From assembly GCA_030390025.1 (NCBI GenBank), contig CM059432.1, forward strand, positions 126,358,001 through 126,422,000: a stretch of DNA of 64,000 nt, in the 5' to 3' direction. Made by a program: the position numbers and the translations under genes. A model generated the notes under the pieces. It saw only the letters and a list, made by a program, of their open reading frames with translations, was not told the DNA's origin and ran no database searches. The first letter of the stretch is position 1. Each line of letters begins with the position of its first letter. Source of the stretch: Squalus acanthias. Lineage: Eukaryota. Below, one piece after another: positions 52,259 through 64,000 of the stretch.

Positions 52259-53209
52259 ATGGCAGGACAGATGGTGTGTCATAACTTCTGCATGTGGGAG
52301 TTTGTGGAGAGCATCGCGATCCTGAACAACCACATCTGCAGTAAGGGTCTGCAGCTCGAGGAACTTCGGCTCAGAATTGTTGAGCTGGAGTACGAGCTGC
52401 AGACATTATGATGCATCAGGGAGGGGGAGAGTTACCTGGACACTTTGTTCCAGGAGGCAGTCACACCCTTTAGGTTAAGTAGTAATAGTTAGTCAATGGT
52501 CAGGGACAGGAGGGTGTTACTGCGAGTCAGGAAGGTATGGGGACCCAGGATGTAGTGATGGAGGAGCCTCAGCCCTGGACCTTGTCCAACAGGTACGAGA
52601 TACTTTCTACCTGTATGGATGAGGAAAAGGACTGCAGGGAGGATGGGCAAACTGACCACGGCACTGTGGTACAGGGGGCCATCCAAGTGGGGGGAGAAGG
52701 AAGGAATGTGGTAGTAGTAGGGGACAGTATAGTCAGGGGGAGATACGGTTCTCTGCAGCCGCGCAAGAGAGTCCCAAAGGTTGTGTTGCCTGCCCGGTGC
52801 CAGGGTTAAGTATATCTCCTCGTGGCTGGAGAAGAACTTGGAGTGGGAGGGGGAGGATCCAGTTGTCGTGGTCCATGTAGGAACCAACAACATAGGTAGA
52901 ACAAACAATGAGGTTCTGCTGAAGGAGTTTGAGGAGCTAGGGTCTAAATTAATAAGCAGAACCACAAGGGTAATCTCTGGATTACTACCCGAGCCACACA
53001 CAAATTGGCATAGGGTCAAGCAGATCAGAGAGTTAAATGCATGGCTCAAAGAGTGGTGTGGGAAAAAGGGGTTTCAATTCATGGGACACTGGCACCAGTA
53101 CTGGGGAAAGAGGGAGCTGTTCCGTCGAGACGGGCTCCACTTAAACCAGGCTGGGCCCAGCATCCTGGCGAATCGAATAACTAGAGCGGTAGATCGGGCT
53201 TTAAACTAA
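52259..53209 (+). pseudogene. CR1 ORF1 (zinc finger/coiled coil plus SGNH esterase), disrupted
   Basis: VGDSIVRG, CLPGA, HVGTNN and DGLHL motifs; stops and frameshifts. Confidence 0.9.
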
Positions 53210-53241
53210 AAAAGAGGGGGGCAGGGTCAGGTGAGGGGAAA

Positions 53242-56200
53242 TTGAGAAATCTAAAGAGAAAGGTCAATGCAATAGAGCAGTGTAGCGATTTGGGTAAAAA
53301 TAAGCAGAGTGTGACAGGAAGGGACAGAGAGTTTAATGGTAGCAGTGCAGCAGAGAATAAGGTCAAAGCAGGGAATAATGGTAAAACATTTAAATTAAAG
53401 GCTCTTTATCTGAATGAACGAAGCATTCGTAACAAGATAGATGAACTAGTGGCACAAATAGAGATAAATGGGTTTGATCTAATAGCCAATACAGAGACAT
53501 GGTTGCAAGGTAGCCAAGGTTGGGAACTAAATGTTGCAGGGTACTTGACGTTTCGAAAAGACAGGCAGAATGGAAAAGGAGGGGGAGTAGCCCTGATAAT
53601 AAAGGATGACATAAGGACAGCAGCGAGAAAGGATCTCGGCTCAGAAGATCAGGAAGTAGAATCAGTATGGGTGGAGATGAGGAATAACAAGGGGCAGAAA
53701 ACACTGGTAGGAGTAGTATATAGGCCCCCTAACGGTAGCTATACCGTTGGACAGAATATTAATCAAGAAATAGTAGGAGCTTGCAACAAAGGTAATGCAA
53801 TAATCTTGGGGGACTTTAATCTTCATATGGACTGGACAAATCAAATTGGCAAAGGTAGTCTGGAGGACGAGTTCATGGAATGCATTCGGGACAGTTTCCT
53901 AGAACAATATGTCATGAAACCAACCAGGGAACAGGTAATTTTAGATCTTGTATTGTGTAATGAGACAGGGTTAATTAGCAATCTCATAGTAAAGGATCCT
54001 CTGAGGCAGAGTGATCATAATATGATAGAATTTCACATTAATTTTGAGAGTGACTTGCCTAAGTCCGAAACTAGAGTCTTAAACTTAATACAGCCAAATA
54101 CATAGGTATGAGGGGCGAGTTGGCTAAAGTAGATTGGAAAAATAGATTAAAAGGTATGGCGGTAGATAAGCTGTGGCTAGCATTTAAAGAAATATTTCAT
54201 AATTCTCAACAAAAATACATTCCATTGAGAAACAAAAACTCCACAAGAAAAGTGATCCGACCGAGGCTAACTAAAGAAGTTAAGGATAGCATTAGATTGA
54301 AAGAAGCAGCTTATAATATTGCAAAGAATAATAGTAAGCCTGAGGATTGGGAGAGTTTCAGAAACCAGCAAAGGTTGACCAAAAATTTGATAAAAAGGAG
54401 AAAAATAGAATGAGAGAAAACTAGCAAGAAATATGAAAGCAGATTGTAAGAGTTTCTATAAGCATGTAAAAAGGAAAAGAGTAGCAAAAGTAAACGTTGG
54501 TTCCTTAGAGGCTGAGACAGGAGAAATTATTATGGGGAATAAGGAAATGGCAGAAATGTTAAACGAATATTTTGTATCGGTCTTCACAGTAGAAGACACA
54601 AAAAGCATACCAAAACTGGTGGGGAACCAAGGGTTTAATGAGGGTGAGGAACTTAATGCAATTAATATAAGTAGAGAAAAAAGAACTAGAGAAACTAATG
54701 GGACTAAATACCGACAAATCCCCTGGACTTGACGGCCTACATCCTAGGGTTCTAAACAGGTGGCTGGAGATAGTGGATGCATTGGTTTTGATCTTCCAAA
54801 ATTCCCTAGATTCTAAAATGGTCCCAGTGGATTGGAAGGTCGCAAATGTAACACCGCTATTCAAGAAAGGAGGGAGAGAAAAAACAGGGAACTACAGGCC
54901 AGTTAGTCTGACATCAATCGTCGGGAAAATGCTGGAATCCATTGTTAAGGAAGTGGTATCAAGTCACTTAGAAAATCATAACATGATTAGGCAGAGTCAA
55001 CATGGTTTTATGAAAGGGAAATCGTGTTTGACAAATTTATTAGAGTTTTTTGAGGATGTAACTAGCAGAGTAGATAAAGGGGAACCAGTGGATGTAGTAT
55101 ATTTGGATTTCCAAAAGGCATTCGATAAGGTGCCACATAAAAGATTATTACACAAGGTTAGGGCTCATGGGGTTGGGGGTAAAATAGTAGCATGGATAGA
55201 GGATTGGTTAACGGACAGAAAACAGAGACTAGGGATAAACAGATTTTTTCAGGTTGGCAGGCTATAACTAGTGGGGTGCTGCAAGGATCAGTGTTGGGGC
55301 CTCAGCTATTTACAATCTATATTAATGACCTAGATGAAGGGACCGAATGTAATGTATCCAAATTAGCTGATGATACAAAGCTAGGTGGGACAGTAAGCTG
55401 CGAGGAGAACACAAAGAGTCTGTAAAGGAATATAGATAGACTAAGTGAGTGGGCAGTAAGGTGGCAGATGGAGTATAATGTAGGGAAATGTGAGGTTATT
55501 CACTTTGGTAGGAAGAATAGAAAAACAGAATTTTTTTTAAATGGTGAAAAACTTTCAAATGTGGATGTTCAGAGATTTGGGTGTCCTCGTGCAAGAAACA
55601 CAGAAAGCTAGCATGCAGGTACAGCAAGCAATAAGGAAGGCAAATGGCATGTTGGCCTTTATTGCAAGGGGGTTGGAGTATAAGAGTAAGGAAGTCTTGC
55701 TACAATTGTACAGGGCCTTGGTGAGACCACACCTGGAGTACTGTGCACAGTTTTGGTCTCCTTATCGAAGGAAGGATATACTTGCCTTGGAGGTGGTGCA
55801 ACGAAGGTTCACTAGATTGATTCCTGGGATGAGAGGGCTGTCCTATGATGAGAGATTGTGTAGAATGGGCCTATACTCTCTGGAGTTTAGAAGAATGAGA
55901 GGTGATCTCATTGAAACATACAAGATTCTGAAGGGGATTGACAGAGTAGATGCCGAGAGGTTATTTCCCCTGGCTGGAGTGTCTAGAACTAGGGGGCATA
56001 GTCTCAGGATAAGAAGTAGGCCATTTAAGACTGAGATGAGGAGGAATTTCTTCACTCAGAGGGTTGTGCATCTTTGGAATTCTTTGCCCCAGAGGGCTGT
56101 GAATGCTGAGTCGTTGAGTATATTCAAGGCTGAGATAGATAGATTTTTGGACTCTAGGGGATTCAAGGGATATGCAGATCGGGCGGGAAAGTGGAGTTGA
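53242..56200 (+). pseudogene. CR1 ORF2 (APE endonuclease plus reverse transcriptase), disrupted
   Basis: TETWL, YRPP, GDFN, SDHN, QHGF, YLDFQKAFDKV and LADD motifs split over several frames. Confidence 0.95.
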
Positions 56201-57949
56201 GGTTGATGATCAGCCATGATCGTATTGAATGGCGGAGCAGGCTCGAGGGGTCGTATGGCCTACTGCTGCTCTTATTTCTTTATGTTCTTATAATAGTGGG
56301 TGAACACTTAACCTGTTTGTATGACAATCCGCTATTTTAACAGAGGCATTAACCCATTTAAAATAAACAGACTAGTGCCTCCATAAAGATTGTGGCGTGC
56401 CATACGAACACATGAAGCTTTCGTCTGCTGTTATCACCAATAGTAACTTCTATCCTCTATTGCTCTTCTGACCCTGTCGAAAAGACATATTTTCATTGAT
56501 CAGAAATGAAAAGCATTGTACAGTACAATCATTTAAAAAATATTAAATTACACAAAAACTTGGTTTGCATGAACAGGAATGTGGAGCTGCGTTGAGTGCT
56601 TTTGGGTGGTCCTGACTATTTCCAGCCTGGGATCTGCAATCTATTAGACTCTTATTGATTACTGATGTCTCTCCTCACATTTGTGTGTGGATGTTGACTT
56701 CTCGGATATGGTTGGTGCGGGCTCTCTCCCCAGTTACTGCGTGTTAACAAAAGGACCTCCGCCACAAGGGCACAAACAAACTGAAAACAACCTTCAAAGT
56801 TATAGGACACAAGTGGGGGCTGCATGCAAATCACATCAAAATATTATACTGTTGTAAAATCATAGATACGGTAATCTCAGGATAATTTTTTTTTCTCATC
56901 ACTCCTGTGTTATTTCCAAGCCCTAAGAATTGCACAAGTGCAGTGATACGAATGTTCAAATAATTACAGTTAATACATTCACACAGGGAAACATGTTCCT
57001 TATCTCAAAACATCGGCTGTAATCTGTCTGAAAGAAAATAAACCGTTACATAAGAAGAGCTGAACATACCCTGGAAAGATCCAGTCAAAACAATAAAATG
57101 TTTTTCAAAGCTGCATTTTACCAGTGCATGTGTTATATATAATTTCTTTGGGAACAAATACTCATAACTAAATCAACACACCTGGAACTGTGACTCTCAG
57201 AAAACATCAGCTCATTTTAAGCTCTTCTGCCTCAAGTTTGTATGCAACCAACAGTGGGAGAAAATAACATCCGATTGGTTCTGACAGGTTCCAGTCCCAC
57301 ATTCTAATTGATCTGATCGCTTCTGACAGGCTGCAGTTCCACCATCCAACCAATCTGATTGGTTCTGACAGCCACTGGTTACATCTTGCGACTGACCCGA
57401 TTCGTCTTTCAACCATGCCAGAAGTTGCCATTTGGTTAGAGCGCCCTGTACTCGTCCAGTGCGCCCACCTGAAACTGGCATTAGGCCCAATGCCTATACA
57501 AAACAGGGGCCTAACATCTATTGCAGGACCCTTTCCAAAATTGGTTCGCAACTGACCGCAGCATGGGCCAATCATGCTGCGGTCAGTTTTCTCAGGCGCA
57601 CAGCGGCCCAAACCTCTCGAAAGAGACCGCTAGAGGCTGTCAACAAAAAGGTAAGTAAATTTTACTTACCTGAAAGTAGAGCCAGGAGGAGCAGAGGAGC
57701 TCCACATTACAACTGCGAGCGGCTGCCGTTGGCTCCCCTCCACCCCCTGGACTCGCCTGCTGCCCTCAGCCAGCGTCCCAACCGGCTGATTTCACTCTTT
57801 CACCACAACCAGCCTCCAGCAGCCTCGAATGGCGTCCGCAGCACTATATTAATGTGGCCGGTTGACCAATGGTCCTACCACCAGTATCTTCAGGCACGTG
57901 CACGGCACCCGGATCAAGCCGCGGTTCGGGCGCGATCTAATTTCTAGGC

Positions 57950-58130
57950 CACTATCTGGTAATTTATCTCATTGATGTTTGTGGTACCTTGCTGTGCACA
58001 AATTACCTGCCACATTTACCTACATTACGACATGGAGTACACTTCATAAGGCCTTCATTGGCTGCAAAGTACTTTGGGACGTCCTAAGGACATGAAAGGC
58101 ATTATATAAACATAAGTTCTTTCTTTCTTT
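57950..58130 (+). mobile_element. DeuSINE/L2-type 3' fragment
   Basis: Same tail as 48060-48225. Confidence 0.6.
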
Positions 58131-58819
58131 ACTCCTCACCGATAATACACTTCCCTTTAAACAAAACTTTTAATGGAGATGTAACTTTGCATTGCAATCA
58201 CATCCCACTACAATACTATTTTCCTTTCCCGTTTGAATATAATTTCTAAACTAGTACATCATTCTTGGCCTACCAAAAGGGATCTACACCTGCTGGAACA
58301 GGCATTAATAAAACCATTGAAACTTGCCAGTTCCCTGCACTTGCAAAGCAACGAATGCTGTGCTTTTCCAACAGCAATTACCAGCTAGAACAATCTGCTC
58401 AGGTGGAAGAACTTTTCAGGGTGAGAAGTTACAAATTTATAATACTTAATATAAATGTTTAGCCAGTCAGCTCTCAAAATGTCTTTCTCCCCCAAGCAGA
58501 TCAATGATTTATTTTTTAAACTGCAGCTCTAGGTGCTAACAGTAGAGTCGCTATGATATGCAGTGAGGTGGACTGGACAATAACGTTTAATGTAACCAGA
58601 CTTCTACAGAACATGTCTGGGCATGCAGTACTATAAAGGAATACATTTAAATTGTTAATCCTAAGTTAAGGGTCAAGGCCCAGAGTGTACGACACCCCCA
58701 AGTTTGAAATAGAGGTATGGGGGGAAAAAAAGGTCTGGCAACCATCTTGGACACCTGAACATTCTTTTTAGTTTTGACAAGTTTCTCCTCTCTCCATCTC
58801 TTCTGACAGCATCGATTCT

Positions 58820-59090
58820 TTGCTGGGGCATGGCTCCATGGGTGATGAGCACCCTCCAGTGACTCACCCTTAAGTGGTCATTCTTAATATGTGAGCTTTA
58901 ATAGTGAATGCTATTTTACCATGGCAGGGGAAGGCATCAGAACCAAACCTGATCTTCACCTACACATTTCTAGTGAAGGTTACTGGATCTTCTCTAACCT
59001 GGTGCACCATTGCCAACTGTAGCATTCCTTCTGCCACCCTGGCTAAGATCAGCTAACTCAGCACAAAGCAGGGATCGAACTGAGATCTTC
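58820..59090 (-). mobile_element. SINE-like repeat, degenerate
   Basis: Minus-strand GTTCGATCCC B-box and GCTGAGTTAGCTGATCTTAGCCAGGG, related to 5930-6320. Confidence 0.5.
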
Positions 59091-59849
59091 TTCATCATCG
59101 TCATCAACAACTTGCACCTTTAATGTAAAGAAGCATCCCAAATAGGCTTAAGGAAACTTCCTGATGTTTATGGCTCAGCTTTTTATTGTGTAAATCTACA
59201 GAACCATCGGGGGTCCTAGAACATCTTTGTCGAACTTGGCAGTATCTGAGTGTGGTACCATCACAGGCAACACATTGTCTTATCACCTTTTCAAGGAATT
59301 GGGACGTGCTGGCAATTGGAATAGAACAGCAATTGGTGAACAAGAGGGCTTTATTTTGTGAATGCATTCTTTCAACTTCCTTCTGTGTATTCTAGATGGT
59401 TCACGTGTCCACAGCATGAGAGAATGTGGTAGATTTTGATCTTTACCACCCAGCCGATAAAGACAGAAATCTACACTAATGTTTGGGTGTGTGTATATCT
59501 CTCACTGCCTTCACAAAGTTCTACTGTAAACTGCAAAGGACATCCGATACTCAGAGGATTAAACAGGATCAGGTCCAATGAAAAACAATCTCACTCAAGT
59601 AAAAACAGGCATCTGACAAATTCAAGGAGGGCTCAGTGACGGCATCACTTTTTTTTAGACACTAGAGCTGTTCAGTCTTTGAAACTTTAGAACATGGGTT
59701 CAGCAATTTAAACCCTGGCTGGTCCATACAATGTACGTGCTTTTTAATACTGTGTTGACAGTGATGGAGTTAGAATGGGAAGTGTATTCTACTGGATTTT
59801 CATCATAATTCTACATGTTATGAAGAGAAACACCCGTGTAATTTTTTTT

Positions 59850-62030
59850 AAAATTTGTCTATGGGATGTGGGCGTCGATGGCAAGGCCAGCATTTATTGC
59901 CCATCCCTAATTGCCCTTGAGAAGGTGGTGGTGAGCCGCGTTCTTGAACCGCTGCAGTCCGTGTGGTGAAGGTACTCCCACAGTGCTGTTAGGGAGGGAG
60001 TTCCAGGATTTTGACCCAGCGACGATGAAGGATCGGCGATATACTTCCAAGTCAGGATGGTGTGTAACTTGGAGGGGAACTTGGAGGTGGTGGTGTTCCC
60101 ATGCGCCTGCTGCCCTTGTCCTTCTAGGTGGAAGTGGTTGCGGGTTTGGGAGGTGCTGCCGAAGAAGCCTTGGCGAGTTGCTGCAGTGCATCTTGTAGAT
60201 GGTACACACTGCAGCCACGGTATGCCGGTGGTGGAGGAAGTGAATGTTTAAGGTGGTGGATGGGGTGCCAATCAAGCGGGCTGCTTTGTCCTGGATGGTA
60301 TCGAGCTTCTTGAGTGTTGTTGGAGCTGCACTCATCCAGGCGAGTGGAGGGTATTCCATCACACTCCTTACTTGTGCCTTGTAGATGGTGGAAAGGCTTT
60401 GGGGAGTCAGGAGGGGAGACACTCGCTGCAGAATATCTAGCCTCTGACCAGCTCTTGTTGCCACAGTATTTATGTGGCTGGTCCAGTTAAATTTCTGGTC
60501 AATGGTGACCCCCAGGATATTGATGGTGGGGGATTCGGCGATGGTAATGCTGTTGAATGTCAAGGGGCGGTGGTTAGACCCTTGCTTGTTGGAGATAGTC
60601 ATTGCCTGGCACTTGTGTGGCACGAATGTTACCTGCCACTTATCAGCCCAAGCCTGAACGTCGTCCAGGTCTTGTTGCATGCTGGCATGGACTGCTTCAT
60701 TATCTGAGGCGTTATGAATGGCGCTGAACACTGTGCAGTCATAGAATCATAGACGATAGGAGCAGGAGTAGGCCATTCGGCCCCTCTAGCCTGCTCTGCC
60801 ATTCAATGCGATCATGGCTGATTCAGTACACTGTCCCTGCTTTCTCCCCATATCCCTTGATCCCTTTAGCCTTAAGAAATATATCCAACTCCTTCTTGAA
60901 TCTATTTAATGAATTGGCCTCTACTGCCTTCTGTGGCAGAGAATTCCACAGGTTCACCACTCTCTGGGTGAAGAAATTCCTCCTCATTTCTGTCCTAAAT
61001 GGCTTACCCCAGCTGACCTTATGTTGGAGGGAAGGTCATTGATGAAGCAGCTGAAGATGGTTGGGCCTCGGACACTGCCCTGAGGAACTCCTGCAGCGAT
61101 GTCCCGGGGCTGTGATGATTGACCTTCAACCACCACAACCATCTTCTATTGTGCTAGGTATGACTCCAGCAGTGGAGAGTTCCCCCCCCCCCCCGATTCC
61201 CATTGACTTCAGTTTTACTAGGGCTCCTTGATGCCATACTCGGTTAAATGCTGCCTTGATGTCAAGGGCAGTCACTCTCACCTCACCTCTGGAATTCAGC
61301 TCCTTTGTCCATGTTTGGACCAAAGCTGTAATGAGGTCAGGAGCCGAGTGGTCTTGGCGGAACCCAAACTGGGCATCAGTGAGCAGTTTATTGGTTAGTA
61401 AGTGCCACTTGATAGCACTGTTGATGACACCTTCCATCATTTTGCTGATGATTGAGAGTAGACTGATGGGGCGGTAATTGGCCGGATTGGATTTGTCCTG
61501 CTTTTTGTGGGCAGGACATACCTGGGCAGTTTTCCACATTGTCAGATAGATGCCAGTGTTGTAGCTGTACTGGAACAGCTTGGCTAGAGGCGCGGCTAGT
61601 TCTGGAGCACAGGTCTTCAGCACGATAGCCAGGATGTTGTCGGGGCCCAATTGTGAATCGAATTGGCTGAAGACTGGCTTCTGTGATGGTGGGATCCTCA
61701 GGAGTAGGCCGATGTGGATCATCCACTCGGCACTTCTGGCTGAAGATGGTTGCAAACGCTTCAGCCTTGTCTTTTGCACTCATGTGCTGAGCTGCACCAT
61801 CATTGAGGATGGGGATATTCATGGAGCCTCCTCCTCCCGTTAGTTGTTTAATGGTCCACCACCATTCACGACTGGATGTGGCAGGACTGCAGAGCTTTGA
61901 TCTGATCCGTTGATTCTGGGATCGCTTAGCCCTGTCTATAGCATGCTGCTTCTGCTTTTTAGCATGCATGTAGTCCTGTGTTGCAGCTTCCCCAGGTTGG
62001 CACCTCATTTTTAGGTACGCCTGGTATTAC
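59850..62030 (-). mobile_element. CR1/L2-group LINE (second family), RT region to 3' end
   Basis: NYRPISLLS, QFGFR, ALDIKAAFNRVWH, ILGVTID; interrupted at 60739-61010. Confidence 0.92.
60739..61010 (-). mobile_element. CR1 3' fragment nested in the RT of the other LINE
   Basis: RRNFFTQRVVNLWNSLP plus CR1 3' UTR and (ATTCTATG) tail. Confidence 0.9.
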
Positions 62031-63589
62031 CTCATCGCTTGTTGCACTTTTTTTTAGAATTGGTGTTAAAGGGCAACTAGAAAGAGAGATATTTTGTCTA
62101 GAATTGTCCCTCATATCAAGACGTTCCACTTCAGTGAGATCATGAATATGGAAACTGGATTGTAGTCAGCATTCTCCATTCATCATGTCACGCAAGAGGG
62201 AGTTCCACACAAGGTCTATCGTTTCCAATCAGGGTTACCTTAATGCCAGCGGTAACCCATTTATTTTAATGCCCCATTTTAAATGGGTTACCACCGCTAT
62301 TAAAAAGACACCGATCAAAAAACTTCTAGGTTAAAATGTCTGTTCCCAGGCTGTCTCTAGCCAGCAATCCTTAAACAGTCAGCCAAGTGTAACTGAGAAA
62401 CAGCAGTAAGTGTACAGCTGCCTCCTTTCACAACCTTTAGGACTATGTGGCAATTCAGTAGACTGTTAGGGTGACTCCACGATCCGATATTCACAGTGAA
62501 CATATGCTGAAAAATGGCTTCAGCCAGTGATTAATGCATGAAAATCACAGGCAATTCTCCGAGATGCACTCCCTGTGAGAGCCCCTTCCCTCTGGGAACA
62601 TCCCATTAACACAATCATCCCTTAACACTTCCCCTTTAAGAAATTAGGCTTTTAAGAAAATAAATGTTGCATAAGTTTCTAGTCATAAACTTTTTGTTGC
62701 AAAAGCAATCAAAAATGTTTGATATATAATTGTGTAGAAGTCTCTAGCTGGCCAAGTATTTGGTATAATATCCTGAAAATAAACTTAAATACTAAGGCAG
62801 AATAATATTTACCCAGATCTGCACTATTTATAAAGTGGAAGTTTGGCAGACACCAATGGTACAGAGAACAACCCAATATAAAGGAGGTATTTAACTGTTC
62901 ATATTGCTAAATATTTACTTGTCAAACATTTATTTTATTTGTCCCTTGGCTCCAGGTAGTGCTTCTAGTGCTCTGATTTACTTATTAGTTTACAGCACAT
63001 CTCTGCTGAGAAGAGGCAACACAAGTTCAGGCAACCAAGGTAAGGTAGATTTACTTAGCGGATTAAGATAGGCACTAAAATTACTCGTGACTATAGTTAG
63101 TGGTATTTGCCTCATTTGCTGTGTATTGAGCAATCAAGTAACATTCATCAAGTCACCTTTTAAATGTGTACTGACCTAGGTTTTCTGATTGGCTGGATCT
63201 CTCCAGCGGGGCAGGACTTCCACCCATCTCACTGACCCTGGCCATATTTCCGGCCCCGGGGTAATATGCATTGGGAGGAGGATCAAGCCAAATAGAAGGG
63301 GAGAAAAGGACCAAGACGGCTGCAGTGGGAGAAAGAGGTAGCAATCGAGCTGCCTTAAAAAAAAAGCAACCAATTTTTTAATTGAAATTCCTGAGGCTGC
63401 TCTTGGGACCCATGCACTACGTCACTCTTACACTGATTTCACAGATCTCTCTTGAATGTCACCTTTCAGGCCCCCTCCAGCGACCTTTAAACACTGGAAC
63501 CCGGGGCCCAATAGGGACAGTGACATCAGTACTGGGACAGGAAGGAGCTGTACCTGAACTGTGCTGGAATCCCAGCGGAAAGAATAACT

Positions 63590-64000
63590 AGAGCAGTAAA
63601 TAAGACTTTAAACTGATAACATGGGGGCAGGGAATTGCTAGAAATCACAGAAACCTAACAATAAAAGAATCAGGAAAAGAGAGTAAAGGACAAACTAAAG
63701 GAAGGAATGAGGATAACACAAAATGCCAGAGATCAGAAGAAATCATAGAGCGTAAAGGTAAAATAACTAATAAAAACAAAGAGAGAAGAATAATAGATTA
63801 AAATAATTTAAACTGTTGGTATAACAATGTACGTAGTATTCAAAACAAAATGGATAAACTGGTGGCAATTATTTGTAGAGAAGATCCGGATATAGTAGGG
63901 ATGACTGAAACATAGCTATATAGAGAACAGGATTGGGAACTAAATATTGCCAGATATAACACAATTCGGAAGGAAAGGGAAGGAAGATGGGGAGGTGGAG
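63590..64000 (+). mobile_element. Degenerate CR1 ORF1/ORF2 junction and endonuclease start, running off the window
   Basis: NVRSIQNKMDKL..DIVGMTET*L..DWELNI..RKEREGRWGG. Confidence 0.75.

Larger units (their letters stand above)
51632..56290 (+). mobile_element. Full-length CR1 LINE with tandem-repeat 5' end, inactivated
   Basis: 5' array, ORF1, ORF2 and 3' UTR ending in TTCTT(T)ATGTTCTT. Confidence 0.93.

Noticed and set aside
59186..59395. Stretch open in several frames with flanking splice-like signals
   Set aside because: No recognisable protein; expected by chance in 64 kb

Overview
This is vertebrate genomic DNA, most likely from a cartilaginous fish (shark), judged by HE1/V-SINE, DeuSINE, CR1, L2 and Penelope repeats. 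It is intronic or intergenic: I could not identify any host protein-coding exon or RNA gene. Most of the window is decayed, often nested mobile elements: many CR1 LINEs (two near full length), L2 fragments, a second CR1/L2-group LINE with a SINE sharing its tail, PIF/Harbinger elements and MITEs, a hAT-type non-autonomous element, and Penelope-like elements. The most notable signals are four minimal hammerhead ribozyme motifs in Penelope-derived sequence (one inside a fold-back mini-element), a possible fossil tyrosine recombinase cut off by the hAT element, a 48/54-bp tandem array at the 5' end of a CR1, and local templated duplications including a perfect 54-bp inverted copy. Family names come from motif recognition by eye, not from database searches. 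Boundaries without TSD or TIR support are approximate.
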